From an uncultured Pseudomonadales bacterium (GTDB lineage: Bacteria > Patescibacteriota > Microgenomatia > UBA1400 > PJMF01), in NCBI GenBank assembly GCA_964607285.1, contig CAZSJW010000002.1:5669-69668 (forward strand): a stretch of 64,000 nt of DNA, written 5' to 3'. The notes below the pieces were generated by a model, which had not been told where the DNA came from, made no database searches, and was given only the letters and a program-made list of their open reading frames with translations. Within the stretch, counting starts at the first letter, position 1, and the number at the start of each line of letters is the position of its first letter. The translations under genes and the position numbers were made by a program. Of the stretch, positions 38,563 to 49,125 are shown one piece after another.

Positions 38563-39816
38563 TTACAATGATAGTTTGAGTTCGATAATTTTTCTAGCGG
38601 ACTCGTCTACTTTTGAGGCAAATGTGGCGTTAATGCGATACTCACTAAGCAAAACTTGCATGACTTTTTTTTGATCCTCAAGTGAAACACGTTCTCCAAG
38701 CAATAACAGTGTATCTCCAGCTGCCACAGCATCTAACACAATATCTTCAAGCTTTCGGATTTCTGAGCCAGGTTGTTTACGAACAGAGTTCATATCAAGA
38801 GCATCAGTAATCAATACAGTATCGGGAAAAACAGTAAGCAGTTCCTGCACACAATCTGGACTAAGACTGCAGGGAATGTTGGCATATTGATTTTTCACCC
38901 CAACATGACTAATCATGACTGGAACTGTAGGAAAGTTTTGTATCATAGTGCGATACAACGCCACATCATCTGGTGAAACGGTGATTGAGTCAAATTGCTT
39001 GTGCAGATCAAACTTGGTAGCACCAATTCCAGGAAAATGTTTATACACTGGAATAATACCTGCAGAAGTAAATGCTCGGACAAAGTCAGCAGCAGCTAGA
39101 GACACTAAAGTGGGATCAGAGGAACAAATTCTAGAAGCATACACAGAACTATCAGTTGCTCGGTCAAGCACGGGACCAAGCACCATATCTATACCCGCTG
39201 CAGTAAGTTCTCTTGCTGAACTTTCCAACAATAGCGTTCTTTGGGCTTTCGGTAGTGCACATATTTCTTCCCAAGAGGGCAACTGAGAAAACCCCTCGCC
39301 CTGCAAGCGTTGAACTGTGCCTCCTTCATGATCTACAGTAATGATTGGACGAAGATACTTAGCTTGGCTCAGTGGGCCGACGACTTTGGTTTGACTCAAC
39401 AACAGTGATACCTCCTCAGCACTCAATGAATCATCAACTAGCAGATATCCACCTGGGTGCAACTGTGCAGAATTACTAGCAGAATCAGAAAGCTGATCAA
39501 CAGTCCTCAAGTAGTCTGAAAAAACTGCAGAACTACTAGCTGAGGTTCTTTGACTAATCTCTGGAAAATCTCGCAGAGAAAGAGGCAACACGAGCAGCTG
39601 CGCAATTTTTTCTTCTGGTGTCATAGTTTGTAGTAACTCCACTGCTGAAACAGGTTCAGGCGAGGGAGTTACCACGGGGGTTGGGCTAACCACTGGCGTT
39701 GGATTCGAAAACATTGCACTATTTGAAAAAGGCTTGGTCACATAGTTGTAACCACTCAAGAGCGTTACCGCAAATAAAAATATGATGAGGACACCAGTCG
39801 TCCACTTTGTGGGCAT
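38563..39816 (-). CDS. nagZ: Glycoside hydrolase family 3 N-terminal domain protein (beta-N-acetylhexosaminidase NagZ-like), N-terminally anchored
   Basis: GH3 motifs ITVDHEGGTVQRL and KHFPGIGAT, and the catalytic-region LITDALDM. N-terminal TM. Confidence 0.7.
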   Translation of the reverse strand: MPTKWTTGVLIIFLFAVTLLSGYNYVTKPFSNSAMFSNPTPVVSPTPVVTPSPEPVSAVELLQTMTPEEKIAQLLVLPLSLRDFPEISQRTSASSSAVFSDYLRTVDQLSDSASNSAQLHPGGYLLVDDSLSAEEVSLLLSQTKVVGPLSQAKYLRPIITVDHEGGTVQRLQGEGFSQLPSWEEICALPKAQRTLLLESSARELTAAGIDMVLGPVLDRATDSSVYASRICSSDPTLVSLAAADFVRAFTSAGIIPVYKHFPGIGATKFDLHKQFDSITVSPDDVALYRTMIQNFPTVPVMISHVGVKNQYANIPCSLSPDCVQELLTVFPDTVLITDALDMNSVRKQPGSEIRKLEDIVLDAVAAGDTLLLLGERVSLEDQKKVMQVLLSEYRINATFASKVDESARKIIELKLSL

Positions 39817-39864
39817 GAAGTCATTATACGATGAAATATGTACAATTCCCAGATGTGAATCTGA

Positions 39865-40179
39865 TCATTTCTTCTGTTTTTCAGCTTTTAATTGTTTTAG
39901 TTTCCACATAAACAATCTTGCCTTGCTGCGCGCCGATTGTGCATCTGCAACAAACGATAATGAACGCTCTAACAGAATCCTATCTTCAGTTTTTGCCAAA
40001 CGCATGTATAGTGATTTATGTTTCAAATCATTGAGCTCAACAGCTAATCGGTATCCAAAATCTTGAAACTCCTGAGTAATATATCCACCTTTATCTTCCA
40101 AAGCGAATCCATCTAACAAGCTGGCTAAAGATTGAAAAGCTGGTTTTTTTGATTTACTCACTGTCATGATCAGATACAA
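39865..40179 (-). CDS. Hypothetical small protein
   Basis: 104-aa ORF, basic C-terminus. Confidence 0.25.
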   Translation of the reverse strand: MYLIMTVSKSKKPAFQSLASLLDGFALEDKGGYITQEFQDFGYRLAVELNDLKHKSLYMRLAKTEDRILLERSLSFVADAQSARSKARLFMWKLKQLKAEKQKK

Positions 40180-41398
40180 TGTGCGCTTCTTGCACTAGCA
40201 CACTAAACAAAACACCAACTGCAGCAACTACAAAAATAGTAAACCAACTGAGCGGGATAAACAAAAACACCAGAGCAAAAAGTAACCAAAACATAATTGC
40301 CCCCATACTCATCACCATTTCCCTATAGGTGTAGTATGAAAGTGCTTGAGCCCCTTTTCCTCGACGCATATACTGCATATCAAAGTGTAACCAATGAAAG
40401 TTTGCCGTGAGCTTTTCAAGCATATCTACAAACGCAATTGACCATACAGATAAAATTCCTGTCCGTACAAACCATAGAAGTGACAACAGCCCTCCAGATA
40501 TCATAAACGGCTTTTTATTTGTATTCTTAGCCACGTAAAAACCAGTAAAAAATGTCACTACAAGTGCTAAGAATAGTGAAAGGGTGTACAGGAATCCCAC
40601 TTCATCAATAGCACCCAATAGTAAAAAGACATAGAGTGGCCAAACAAAAATAACTACGTCGTGGAAATACCGACCAATGAAAGAAAGTGATAACCGCCGA
40701 TATGTTGGTTCACGCAACCACTGACCCAACTCATACCAACTAATGCTGTCGCGTTCATGGCCCAGTTCCAAACCGATTGCAAATAGCAAACTAATCAACG
40801 TACCAACAATACCAAACAGGAATAATGACTCAATCCCAAATGCTACAGCCAACACACCACTAACTGCAGGTGTAATAGCCGCCATAAGTTGCAATAAAAA
40901 CTGCATTGTGGTCAAGTCCTGACCTACATGGTGCTTGTTCATACTTTTACTAAGCACCACATAAAAGCTATTCCAAAAAAAATTCAGTTGTATAGCTTCA
41001 AGCACCATTGCTCCCCAAATAAACATGGGCTGTTCTTGACTGTAGTATAAGCATAAAAATGCTAGCAACTGCACAGCGATACCAATAACCAATCCTTTTT
41101 GATATCCATATGCGCTAAGCATCCTCCCAATTGGAATGGCACTCACCAACACCACAATACGAACAATAAGGAAAAAAATAGCAATCATTAAGACGCCGCG
41201 CTGCAAATTGCTTAAACCAAAACTATCAAACCAATGAACTTTCAAGCCCAGTTGGAATAAAAATATTGGCAAAAAAATGAAGGTAAACTTATTTACTAAA
41301 TCCCGCATAATCCTCATACCATACAAAAGGCGCATGTTGCGACCTGTATCTATACCAAAATGCGGTAAATGTAGGTGATAGGCGTGTATTCGAGGCAT
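40154..41398 (-). CDS. Integral membrane protein (~12 TM; possibly an MFS-type transporter)
   Basis: 414 aa, almost entirely hydrophobic helices. No signature motif could be assigned with confidence. Confidence 0.4.
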   Translation of the reverse strand: MPRIHAYHLHLPHFGIDTGRNMRLLYGMRIMRDLVNKFTFIFLPIFLFQLGLKVHWFDSFGLSNLQRGVLMIAIFFLIVRIVVLVSAIPIGRMLSAYGYQKGLVIGIAVQLLAFLCLYYSQEQPMFIWGAMVLEAIQLNFFWNSFYVVLSKSMNKHHVGQDLTTMQFLLQLMAAITPAVSGVLAVAFGIESLFLFGIVGTLISLLFAIGLELGHERDSISWYELGQWLREPTYRRLSLSFIGRYFHDVVIFVWPLYVFLLLGAIDEVGFLYTLSLFLALVVTFFTGFYVAKNTNKKPFMISGGLLSLLWFVRTGILSVWSIAFVDMLEKLTANFHWLHFDMQYMRRGKGAQALSYYTYREMVMSMGAIMFWLLFALVFLFIPLSWFTIFVVAAVGVLFSVLVQEAHIVSDHDSE

Positions 41399-41434
41399 AA
41401 AGAGCGAGGATGAGCCGCAACTGCATCTTTTAGG

Positions 41435-41998
41435 TTAAGAATTTACCGCTAACGTAACTTTCTGGTCTATTTCTCGCTGCATGAGTGGGAAAACTGATTG
41501 CTGCAATTGCATGATCTCAGACTCTGCCATGCGTTGCAATACATAGTCTCTTCCAGGAATTAGACGCTCCCCATCTCTAGAATCAATGCCAATCCTACCG
41601 TGCCAGAAACGATCTGTGCCAAGTTGCTCAATTACCGAACTCACACCATTGTGTACTTTTGGACCTGTGCCATAGCCCAATTTGTACTCTCCAAACACTA
41701 TATCCAAATCATCATACACAACTACTAACTCAGTATAACCAGCTTGTGTGACTGCAGACTTGTAATACTCAAGTACTGCTCGCACGACCTCCCCGGACTC
41801 ATTCATGTATTTTTCTGGTAACACTAGTAGCGTTTCAATTGGTGCATGCAGCTTAGCAATACTTGCATTTACTTTTCCAACCCGCTCAAACCTTACATGC
41901 TGCTGGTCTGCTAAAAACTGTACTGCGCGCTTACCCGCGTTGTGCCGCGTCAGCTCATATTCTGGAACGGGGTTGCCTAAACCTACAATTATTCTCAT
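41435..41998 (-). CDS. pth: Peptidyl-tRNA hydrolase
   Basis: MRIIVGLGNPVPEYELTRHNAGKRAV matches the Pth N-terminal signature (GLGNPG.EY..TRHN.G). The ORF-track start at 42028 is an upstream extension. Confidence 0.8.
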   Translation of the reverse strand: MRIIVGLGNPVPEYELTRHNAGKRAVQFLADQQHVRFERVGKVNASIAKLHAPIETLLVLPEKYMNESGEVVRAVLEYYKSAVTQAGYTELVVVYDDLDIVFGEYKLGYGTGPKVHNGVSSVIEQLGTDRFWHGRIGIDSRDGERLIPGRDYVLQRMAESEIMQLQQSVFPLMQREIDQKVTLAVNS

Positions 41999-42056
41999 GT
42001 CGTAATTGTAGCAGCCATGCACAATCATGTGCAGGGTAGTATAATTTGCTAATCAT

Positions 42057-42926
42057 ATGGTAGCTAAAAAATCAAATCAACCTTTTTTTTCCATTGTCAT
42101 CCCTACTTTAAATGAAGAAAAATATGTGCCGTTACTCCTCAATGACTTAGTTAATCAAACCTTTCAAGACTTTGAAGTAGTTCATGTGGATGGGAAATCT
42201 GAAGACATAACTATGTCTGTGGCAAAGGAAGCCGCTAAGCATTTGGCGTTTAAACAAATTTCTACTCCAGTGCAAAACGTCAGTTATCAAAGAAACAAGG
42301 GTGGTCAAAAGGCAGCTGGTGAATGGGTATTATTTATTGATGCAGACGTTCGTTTAAATCAATTTTTTCTTGAAGATTTAAGAGCTCAGATGTCTTTTAT
42401 TCCTTCAGGCTCTATTTTTACAACCTGGCTAAGTCCAGATGAAAATCAAGCTATTACACAAACAGTCAGCCAAGGAATTAACTTAGCCTACGAATTTTAT
42501 AGAATCATTGGTAAACCTGCTGCCATTGGTGCATTCATTGGTGCGCACTACAGCGTGCTTGAACATGTTCAGTTCGATGAAACTCAAAAAGTTATGGAAG
42601 ACGCGCTCTTTATTGAAGCCGCTGCACAGCACGGTCACCCATTCATAATTTTCAGATATCCTCGTTTCACTTTTTCCTTCAGGCGACTGAGAAAAGAAGG
42701 CACACTAAAACTTGCCAAGCAAGTTGTTCTCATGAATCTTAGATATATTCAAGGAAAAACGTTCGAAGAGGACAACCATGGATACGTCATGCATGGTGGC
42801 GAGTATTACACAACTCAATCACCATCCATATTCTGGGGAATGGAACAGTATCTTCGAGCAGCTTCAAAAAAGCAGCTGGCACAAACCCGCAGATTGCTCG
42901 ACTCAATTAAAGAGCTAGAGTTTTAA
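42057..42926 (+). CDS. Family 2 glycosyltransferase
   Basis: N-terminus FSIVIPTLNEEKYVPLLLNDLVNQTFQDFEVVHVDGKSED (GT-A fold) with the DxD-type FIDADV. Confidence 0.7.
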   Translation: MVAKKSNQPFFSIVIPTLNEEKYVPLLLNDLVNQTFQDFEVVHVDGKSEDITMSVAKEAAKHLAFKQISTPVQNVSYQRNKGGQKAAGEWVLFIDADVRLNQFFLEDLRAQMSFIPSGSIFTTWLSPDENQAITQTVSQGINLAYEFYRIIGKPAAIGAFIGAHYSVLEHVQFDETQKVMEDALFIEAAAQHGHPFIIFRYPRFTFSFRRLRKEGTLKLAKQVVLMNLRYIQGKTFEEDNHGYVMHGGEYYTTQSPSIFWGMEQYLRAASKKQLAQTRRLLDSIKELEF

Positions 42927-43757
42927 TAAACCCTTTTCTTTTAAAACATCTTCACATAACGCTGCAATTTCAGAAAACAACTTGGTTCGTACAAATTGCA
43001 ACACCATAACATGGTGTGCATTCGGCAAAACTGTCAGTGATAAATGTTTGTTTGCCTCCACAATAGGTAGCAACTTCCGTACAGGATATATGAGGTCGTC
43101 AGCACCTTGTAGAATGTGTGTAGGCACTTTGAGTAACCGCAAATACTCAGCAGCTGAAAACTGCGCTGCTTTCCATAGCAACTGTAAATACGTAGGTAGT
43201 GACGTGTGTAACACATCCTGAAATACTCGTCTTACAGAAAATTGACCTGCGTTCATCACACTCGTAAAATCTCTCCTCTTTGCGATGTGAGTTTTTGGAA
43301 TGATCGCATACATGCTGTTGAATACGCTATCGAAAAATCGCTTTCCAATAGTATGCACCGCTAACTCCCCAACTATTGGCAGTTGTTGACCCGTACTAAT
43401 CAAAATCAACTTTTCAAGTCTGCCCATCTTTTCAGCAAGTACCAAACTGACTAAACTCCCATAGCAATGTCCGACCAACACTGTCGGCAGTTTAGGTAAT
43501 GCTGATAACTGTTCGCAGATGAGTTCTGCTTGTGCAGTAACACCATACATTTCAATCGGATACTGCCTGCTTGATCGCCCTTGACCTGCTAAATCAAATG
43601 CTACAGTCTCTACTGGATACTTTCTCTCAAGAATTGCTCTCAGCTCATTCCACACACTGCTTTCACCACCAAGGCCGTGCAGCAGCACTACCCTTAACGT
43701 AGGTGTATGGATACTGCTTTGTGTAAAAAAAAGAGGTTCTGAATGTGTTTCAGCCAT
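42915..43757 (-). CDS. Alpha/beta-fold hydrolase
   Basis: VVLLHGLGG oxyanion-hole region and nucleophile elbow LVGHCYGS (G-H-C-Y-G; Cys or Ser variant). C-terminal His in HHVM. Confidence 0.55.
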   Translation of the reverse strand: MAETHSEPLFFTQSSIHTPTLRVVLLHGLGGESSVWNELRAILERKYPVETVAFDLAGQGRSSRQYPIEMYGVTAQAELICEQLSALPKLPTVLVGHCYGSLVSLVLAEKMGRLEKLILISTGQQLPIVGELAVHTIGKRFFDSVFNSMYAIIPKTHIAKRRDFTSVMNAGQFSVRRVFQDVLHTSLPTYLQLLWKAAQFSAAEYLRLLKVPTHILQGADDLIYPVRKLLPIVEANKHLSLTVLPNAHHVMVLQFVRTKLFSEIAALCEDVLKEKGLLKL

Positions 43758-43758
43758 C

Positions 43759-45546
43759 TCAAAACTGTTCTAACTCTATAACGGTAGTAGCATCTTGATA
43801 CCCTTTGTCTTCTCGAATTTTTAATAATCGAGGAAATCGTAACGCTACCCCAGCAGTGTGAACTGGTGATTTTGTAATTTCATCTGCAGCTACCTCAACT
43901 ACAATGCTTGGGGATATCCAAACATCTGGTAACAAGCCTTTCTCCACAAGAAACTGTTTTGGCTGAACTTGTACTGCCTCTGTATCAAACAATTGTCTAA
44001 GAGTAGTAAGCTGTTCATCACTAATACCTGTCCCAATTTTGGCTACTGTTTTGATTGAGTCAGAAACCTCATCACGGACACCAACCAAAAAAGCTCCCAT
44101 GCCAAACTGTGCGCGTTTTCCACGACCTCGGTAGTATCCCATCACAATCAAATCCAGTGTGTCTGTCAACTTTCCACGCGTCCCTTCTTCCTCTTTGATT
44201 TTCACCCATGACCAACCTTTGCGACCACTTTGATAGAGCGAGTCCACTTTCTTTATTACTGCACCTTCTAAACCTTCAGTCAAAAAATGCTCGTGTAGTT
44301 CTTTCAGTGTATTCGGGTCTGTTGTCTCAGTCACCTCCGTAATTACAAATTGTTCATTTTGCTTAATTAAATTGTTTAATAGCTCTTTTCTTTCTCGCAA
44401 TGGCCTGTGTAAAAGACTTACATTGTCTTGGACTAACACGTCAAAAAAATAGTAACGCAGTGGTACACTCTCTGACACAGCTGCAATATCGTGCTTACGT
44501 TTACGGGTGATTGTTTCCTGAAATGATTTTAGTTGACCTGTTAGAGGATCATACCCAATTGCTTCTCCGTCAAAAACAGCACTACCTGGAATCATCGAGA
44601 GCAATGCTACTAGCTCAGGAAACATATGCGTAGCATTCTCAAGATTTCGGGTAAACACTTGAACAGACCGAACACCATCTAGTACTGCACCTACATGGAT
44701 TTGCACCCGCAATCCATCATACTTGGGTTCAACAAAAACGGTTCCCATTTTCTCAATAATTTCTGCCGCAGAGTTCAACCGCTGACACAGTGCTGGCACG
44801 ACAGGTACACCGACTGCTGCATTGTAGCTCTGCAAGAAAACCTCAATCGCATCAGGTTGTGTGCGACTTCTCAGAAATCCATCTGCCAAGCTACCAATGT
44901 CTGCCTTCTTCTGGTATGCATCCTCTAATAATGGCCTGTATCTCTTATCACCCGATGCTGCCCACGAGAGAGCGTCAAGCAATGTCATTATGGAAAAACC
45001 CAGCCTAAGTTTTCCCAAGACAATACGCGCGATAAATTTCCCAGATATTGGTCCAACCGCTTTGAGCAGATCAGACAGTAAAGCCACTTTTCGCTCTTGC
45101 GAACCTGCACCACTTTCTTTTGCAATAGCAACTAACTTCTCATGGACAGCACGTATCGTGAGCACGTCACTGGTTCGTGGCAATTTTTCCAAGACTGTTT
45201 CGGTAACCAGACCAATATCACCTATTTGTTTGTATAATTGTTCAACTTCCGTACTTTTGTTTGAATTATCAAACTCAATAAACAAGGTATTCTGTGAGTT
45301 TTTGTCTACTGCAGTAGCTCCTGCATCCCAAACAACTCCTAAGGTTCTGAGAAGCATTTTGGTAGACAATTGAAACTCTAATGATTGATATGCAGGAACA
45401 AGACTCCCTTGCAATAAATAATTGGCTTGGGCAATTTCGTTTTCATCTAGTTGTGTATACAGATCAGCAAGCTCAGCCGTCATCTCTAACCTGCTAGAAA
45501 TCGACTCTAACGACTGAAGATATTTGGCAAAAACTGAAAATAACAT
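43759..45546 (-). CDS. ATP-dependent DNA ligase
   Basis: Adenylation motif I EPKYDGLRVQIH (KxDGxR), downstream nucleotidyltransferase motifs (EGAVIK…), and a C-terminal OB domain. ~595 aa is typical of bacterial or archaeal ATP-dependent ligases. Confidence 0.85.
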   Translation of the reverse strand: MLFSVFAKYLQSLESISSRLEMTAELADLYTQLDENEIAQANYLLQGSLVPAYQSLEFQLSTKMLLRTLGVVWDAGATAVDKNSQNTLFIEFDNSNKSTEVEQLYKQIGDIGLVTETVLEKLPRTSDVLTIRAVHEKLVAIAKESGAGSQERKVALLSDLLKAVGPISGKFIARIVLGKLRLGFSIMTLLDALSWAASGDKRYRPLLEDAYQKKADIGSLADGFLRSRTQPDAIEVFLQSYNAAVGVPVVPALCQRLNSAAEIIEKMGTVFVEPKYDGLRVQIHVGAVLDGVRSVQVFTRNLENATHMFPELVALLSMIPGSAVFDGEAIGYDPLTGQLKSFQETITRKRKHDIAAVSESVPLRYYFFDVLVQDNVSLLHRPLRERKELLNNLIKQNEQFVITEVTETTDPNTLKELHEHFLTEGLEGAVIKKVDSLYQSGRKGWSWVKIKEEEGTRGKLTDTLDLIVMGYYRGRGKRAQFGMGAFLVGVRDEVSDSIKTVAKIGTGISDEQLTTLRQLFDTEAVQVQPKQFLVEKGLLPDVWISPSIVVEVAADEITKSPVHTAGVALRFPRLLKIREDKGYQDATTVIELEQF

Positions 45547-45609
45547 ATCTACTTATTATATGTCCAAAACCGTATGTGTACGATTAGCGGTTACACCGTA
45601 ACAGACTGC

Positions 45610-46731
45610 CTACTCTAGTAGTCTATACCTTACTCCTTTAGTCACTCCGTGCTTATCAATTACTCCTTTTGCGATCAAGTCCTTAACATCACGCAAGATT
45701 GTATCAACAGAAACATTCGGCAACACTTTTTGCATATCATCAGATGTAACTTCATCTTGTTGCTGAAATAGTTCCAGCATGATGATCTGCCGTTCTGACA
45801 AAGCTACCTGCTTGCCCAACTGGCGTTTAAGCTTTAAATCTTTAGACAACTTTGTAACTTGGTTTTTCACTTTTTCTAACTCTAAAGCCAAACCATAGCA
45901 AAAGTACTCCAGCCAATAGGTCAAGTTGGACTCGCCACTCTGCTGTACAGAAAGTAGTGCTTGATAGTATGCTTCTACGTCACTATCAATATATTGCTCG
46001 AGGGAAAAGAACTTTTTAAAATCATATCCCAATGCATACATTACCAAGCTTGCCATAGCTCGAGCAGTTCTCCCATTACCTTCTAAAAATGGATGAATAT
46101 ACACAAGCTGATAGTGAGTAATTGCTGCTCTAAATATAGCGTGCATATTCTGAGCTACGGCTGAGGTTCCCCAGCTGAAAAAATCTGTGACAAGATAGGG
46201 AATCTCAACTGCAACTGGTGGTCGAAACACTACATTTCCCGAGCTGGCACTTTTCACAATCACTTGCTTATCCCGAAAGTACCCTGCGTATTTTTCTTCT
46301 ATTACTCTCAGAACGGTCAACTTATGAATTGTAAATAATGTGTCTGTGGTATAAATCTGAGCAATATCAGGATGCCGCTGTGAGTCTATCCAGTTGATAA
46401 CATTTCTGTAATTGATAACTTCTTGAACATCGCGCTCTCGAGCCATTAACCCCGTGCGCCGAATCATCTCTGTGGTATCACTCACATCATCAAGTCTCAC
46501 CACTTGTTGTGCTTGCTCCTCAGTTAGATCATTGCCTTCAATTTTTGTCCCAAAGTGAACTGTTCTCGTAAATGCTTCATCTCTAAACTTTGCTTCCCAT
46601 GCAGGTACTAACGCCGCTTGATCAATAACCGCCTTTGCAGCCTCTATACGGGAAATGTACGTGAGCAGGTTGTTTGTGATGGAAAAATTAGGAGTATACA
46701 TTGCGTCTGTCTGTGGTGGTTTGATCACCAA
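45610..46731 (-). CDS. Fic-family protein (AMPylation/Doc-type fold) with a C-terminal winged-helix region
   Basis: Canonical Fic motif HPFLEGNGRTARAMASL (HPFx[DE]GNGR). Confidence 0.8.
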   Translation of the reverse strand: MVIKPPQTDAMYTPNFSITNNLLTYISRIEAAKAVIDQAALVPAWEAKFRDEAFTRTVHFGTKIEGNDLTEEQAQQVVRLDDVSDTTEMIRRTGLMARERDVQEVINYRNVINWIDSQRHPDIAQIYTTDTLFTIHKLTVLRVIEEKYAGYFRDKQVIVKSASSGNVVFRPPVAVEIPYLVTDFFSWGTSAVAQNMHAIFRAAITHYQLVYIHPFLEGNGRTARAMASLVMYALGYDFKKFFSLEQYIDSDVEAYYQALLSVQQSGESNLTYWLEYFCYGLALELEKVKNQVTKLSKDLKLKRQLGKQVALSERQIIMLELFQQQDEVTSDDMQKVLPNVSVDTILRDVKDLIAKGVIDKHGVTKGVRYRLLE

Positions 46732-46800
46732 TTACTAGTAGTATACTGAATATTTTTGCAAAATGTGCAGATATTTTTTCCCAAATGGTATACTGAATGC

Positions 46801-47103
46801 ATGGCTGAAATAAAACCCCCTGAAAAAATAACTGAGCTACCGCTGGCTGTAGTAAAAAATATGATTGTGCTTGCAACCAGTGGTTTTGGCGTGGTGGTTG
46901 CATTGGCTTGGAATGAATTAATCAAAGCAGTAGTAGAACAATATATTGATCCCTTGTTGGGTAAAAGCAGTGGGGTCATCTCACTCCTCATTTATGCAGT
47001 TGCCATGACACTGCTCGCAGTGTTTGTAACCATGCAGCTTGGCAGCCTCGAGAAAAGACTAGAGAGCTTGCGAAAATCTGGAAAATCAGAAGAAAAAAGA
47101 TAA
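46801..47103 (+). CDS. Hypothetical small membrane protein
   Basis: ~100 aa with two TM helices. An in-frame ATG at 46801 has better context than the ORF-track start at 46756. Confidence 0.35.
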   Translation: MAEIKPPEKITELPLAVVKNMIVLATSGFGVVVALAWNELIKAVVEQYIDPLLGKSSGVISLLIYAVAMTLLAVFVTMQLGSLEKRLESLRKSGKSEEKR

Positions 47104-47111
47104 TACAGGTA

Positions 47112-48038
47112 CTATTCTTGCTTGTTAGCCTGCACCAACTGCCAGACAACCTTCGGTACTTCTTGCACTAATTCCGAAGCACCAAAAAACACCCCTTGTT
47201 GTTCATACAACCGATTTCCTGCAAGCTTATTAGAAAGGCTTCCAACTATTGCCGCTACCGAGCTTTCTTGAGTGCACGCTAGTGCTGCAACTAATCCTGC
47301 TAACACGTCACCAGTCCCGCCTTTGGTCATGCCAGCATTGCCTCCTGGAATCCTAACTACCGTTTGAGAATGAATAACAATATCCTCTTTGCCCTTAATT
47401 ACCAACACAGCCTGGTGGAGCTCCGCTGCTGCCCTCAGCAAGTGTTCATCAGTTTCTAACACTTTCTCTAACGGAATTTCTTTAAAGGATGGCAGTTTTT
47501 GTAAAATGCGCTCCAGTTCACCCTGATGTGGGGTCATAATCGCACCTTGCGGTAAAAACTCTGGATGCATCATTTGTAAAGCGCCAGCATCTAATATCCA
47601 CTGCTTTTCAGGAAAACGAAGCAGTAAATGATTGACTATCAGCTCTGTGTCAGAATTCCATTCCTCTGCAGTAAGTTCGCGCTCAAAGTCTGCACCGCTT
47701 CTGCTTAGTGAACCTTCATGACGCTCCATGCCAGGCCCAATCAACACACAATCAGCCTCAGATATGTAGGCAGGAATTTCTCCACGGGGAATAACAATTC
47801 CATTCCAAAACTGCCCCTTAGCATGTTGTATGAGCTCATTTGTACTAGGAACTGAGGCATAAAAAACCATATCTACAAACTGAGCAGCAGTATCTAGACT
47901 CCACTTGCTCGCAGCATGAAATAACTCCGACCCTCCAATGAGCAGTAGTTTTCCATTTTGACCCTTATGCGACTCCTCCATTGGGAACTGAAAGTGACTG
48001 CAGTACTCTTGTAGGTGTGTTGGTATCTGGATCATAAT
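47112..48038 (-). CDS. ADP-dependent NAD(P)H-hydrate dehydratase (YjeF C-terminal / carbohydrate-kinase-like domain)
   Basis: KLLLIGGSELFHAASKW and the C-terminal GGNAGMTKGGTGDVLAGLVAALA motif. The ATG at 48038 avoids a 47-nt overlap with recF. Confidence 0.65.
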   Translation of the reverse strand: MMIQIPTHLQEYCSHFQFPMEESHKGQNGKLLLIGGSELFHAASKWSLDTAAQFVDMVFYASVPSTNELIQHAKGQFWNGIVIPRGEIPAYISEADCVLIGPGMERHEGSLSRSGADFERELTAEEWNSDTELIVNHLLLRFPEKQWILDAGALQMMHPEFLPQGAIMTPHQGELERILQKLPSFKEIPLEKVLETDEHLLRAAAELHQAVLVIKGKEDIVIHSQTVVRIPGGNAGMTKGGTGDVLAGLVAALACTQESSVAAIVGSLSNKLAGNRLYEQQGVFFGASELVQEVPKVVWQLVQANKQE

Positions 48039-48042
48039 TGAA

Positions 48043-49098
48043 TTATTCTTGAATAACAGTGTGTAAGACTTGCAGTTGTGGTTGCACACTCCGAACTATT
48101 TCAATTGTTTCTGGCTCGGTGGATGTAATTATACTTTGATACTTTGGGATAAGTGCAAGTGCATGCTGTTTACTGTCTGCATCAAGCTCAGACAAGATAT
48201 CGTCCAACAATAACACAACAGGCATTTTGAGTCGTTGTGCGTACCGTAACTCACACAGCTTCATCCACAGCACTGCCATTCGCTGCTGACCACGAGAACC
48301 AAACGCCGCAATATCTCGTCGTTCACCCCCGATTGGTAATGAAACTGTAAAATCATCGCGGTGTGGACCAATGAGACTGTGCCCAGCAGCAATTTCCCGC
48401 GGCAGATACTGTTTCTGCCGTTCCTCAGACATCACTGATGGTACGTAATTGACTGTAAACGGTAAAGCAAAATCTGCTGCACTACAACTATGTAAAAAAT
48501 CACGGCGAAATGTTTGCACTTCTGTGCCGTGCTTGAGTACACCTGCATTCCAATACGTTAACGCTGCTACTGATTGCTCACCGAGCTTGACTTGCCCCAA
48601 TAGCTTGTTCCGCCTAGTCAATGTTTGTTCATATGCTTTCAAAGCTCTCGCATACGCTGCGTGTAAAACTTGCAGTGCGTCATCCAAAAATGCCCGTCTC
48701 CGACCAGTCGAGCCTTCAATCAGTCTCATATCCTCTGGCCGAAACAGTACTGGGAAAACTCTACTCACCGCATCTTGCTTTCTACGCCTGATGCCATTAA
48801 CACTAAATAACCTACCCAGTGTTCTCTTGCCCTGCACAAGCCCACGGGTCACCATAACCTCAACAGTATCTTGCTCAATGACGGCCTGTACTCGCCCTAA
48901 TTCTGCACCAAACAAAATTAAATCAGATATTTGCTGCGCTCTAAAGCTATTTCCTGTCATTGCTAAGTACGCAACTTCTAAAATTGTGGTCTTGCCACTT
49001 GCGTTGGCTCCAACAATCACAACTGCTGGCTGCTCAAATCTAAGCTGGAAGCTCGAATACGACCGTAAGTTATGCAAAGTAAGTGACGAAAGTGTCAT
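48043..49098 (-). CDS. recF: DNA replication and repair protein RecF
   Basis: N-terminus LTLHNLRSYSSFQLRFEQPAVVIVGANASGKTTILEAVYLAMTGNSFRA (Walker A). SMC-like signature and Walker B (VVLLLDDILSELD) near the C-terminus. Confidence 0.8.
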   Translation of the reverse strand: MTLSSLTLHNLRSYSSFQLRFEQPAVVIVGANASGKTTILEVAYLAMTGNSFRAQQISDLILFGAELGRVQAVIEQDTVEVMVTRGLVQGKRTLGRLFSVNGIRRRKQDAVSRVFPVLFRPEDMRLIEGSTGRRRAFLDDALQVLHAAYARALKAYEQTLTRRNKLLGQVKLGEQSVAALTYWNAGVLKHGTEVQTFRRDFLHSCSAADFALPFTVNYVPSVMSEERQKQYLPREIAAGHSLIGPHRDDFTVSLPIGGERRDIAAFGSRGQQRMAVLWMKLCELRYAQRLKMPVVLLLDDILSELDADSKQHALALIPKYQSIITSTEPETIEIVRSVQPQLQVLHTVIQE

Positions 49099-49125
49099 GT
49101 CACGATCATATCGTACTTATAAGCC

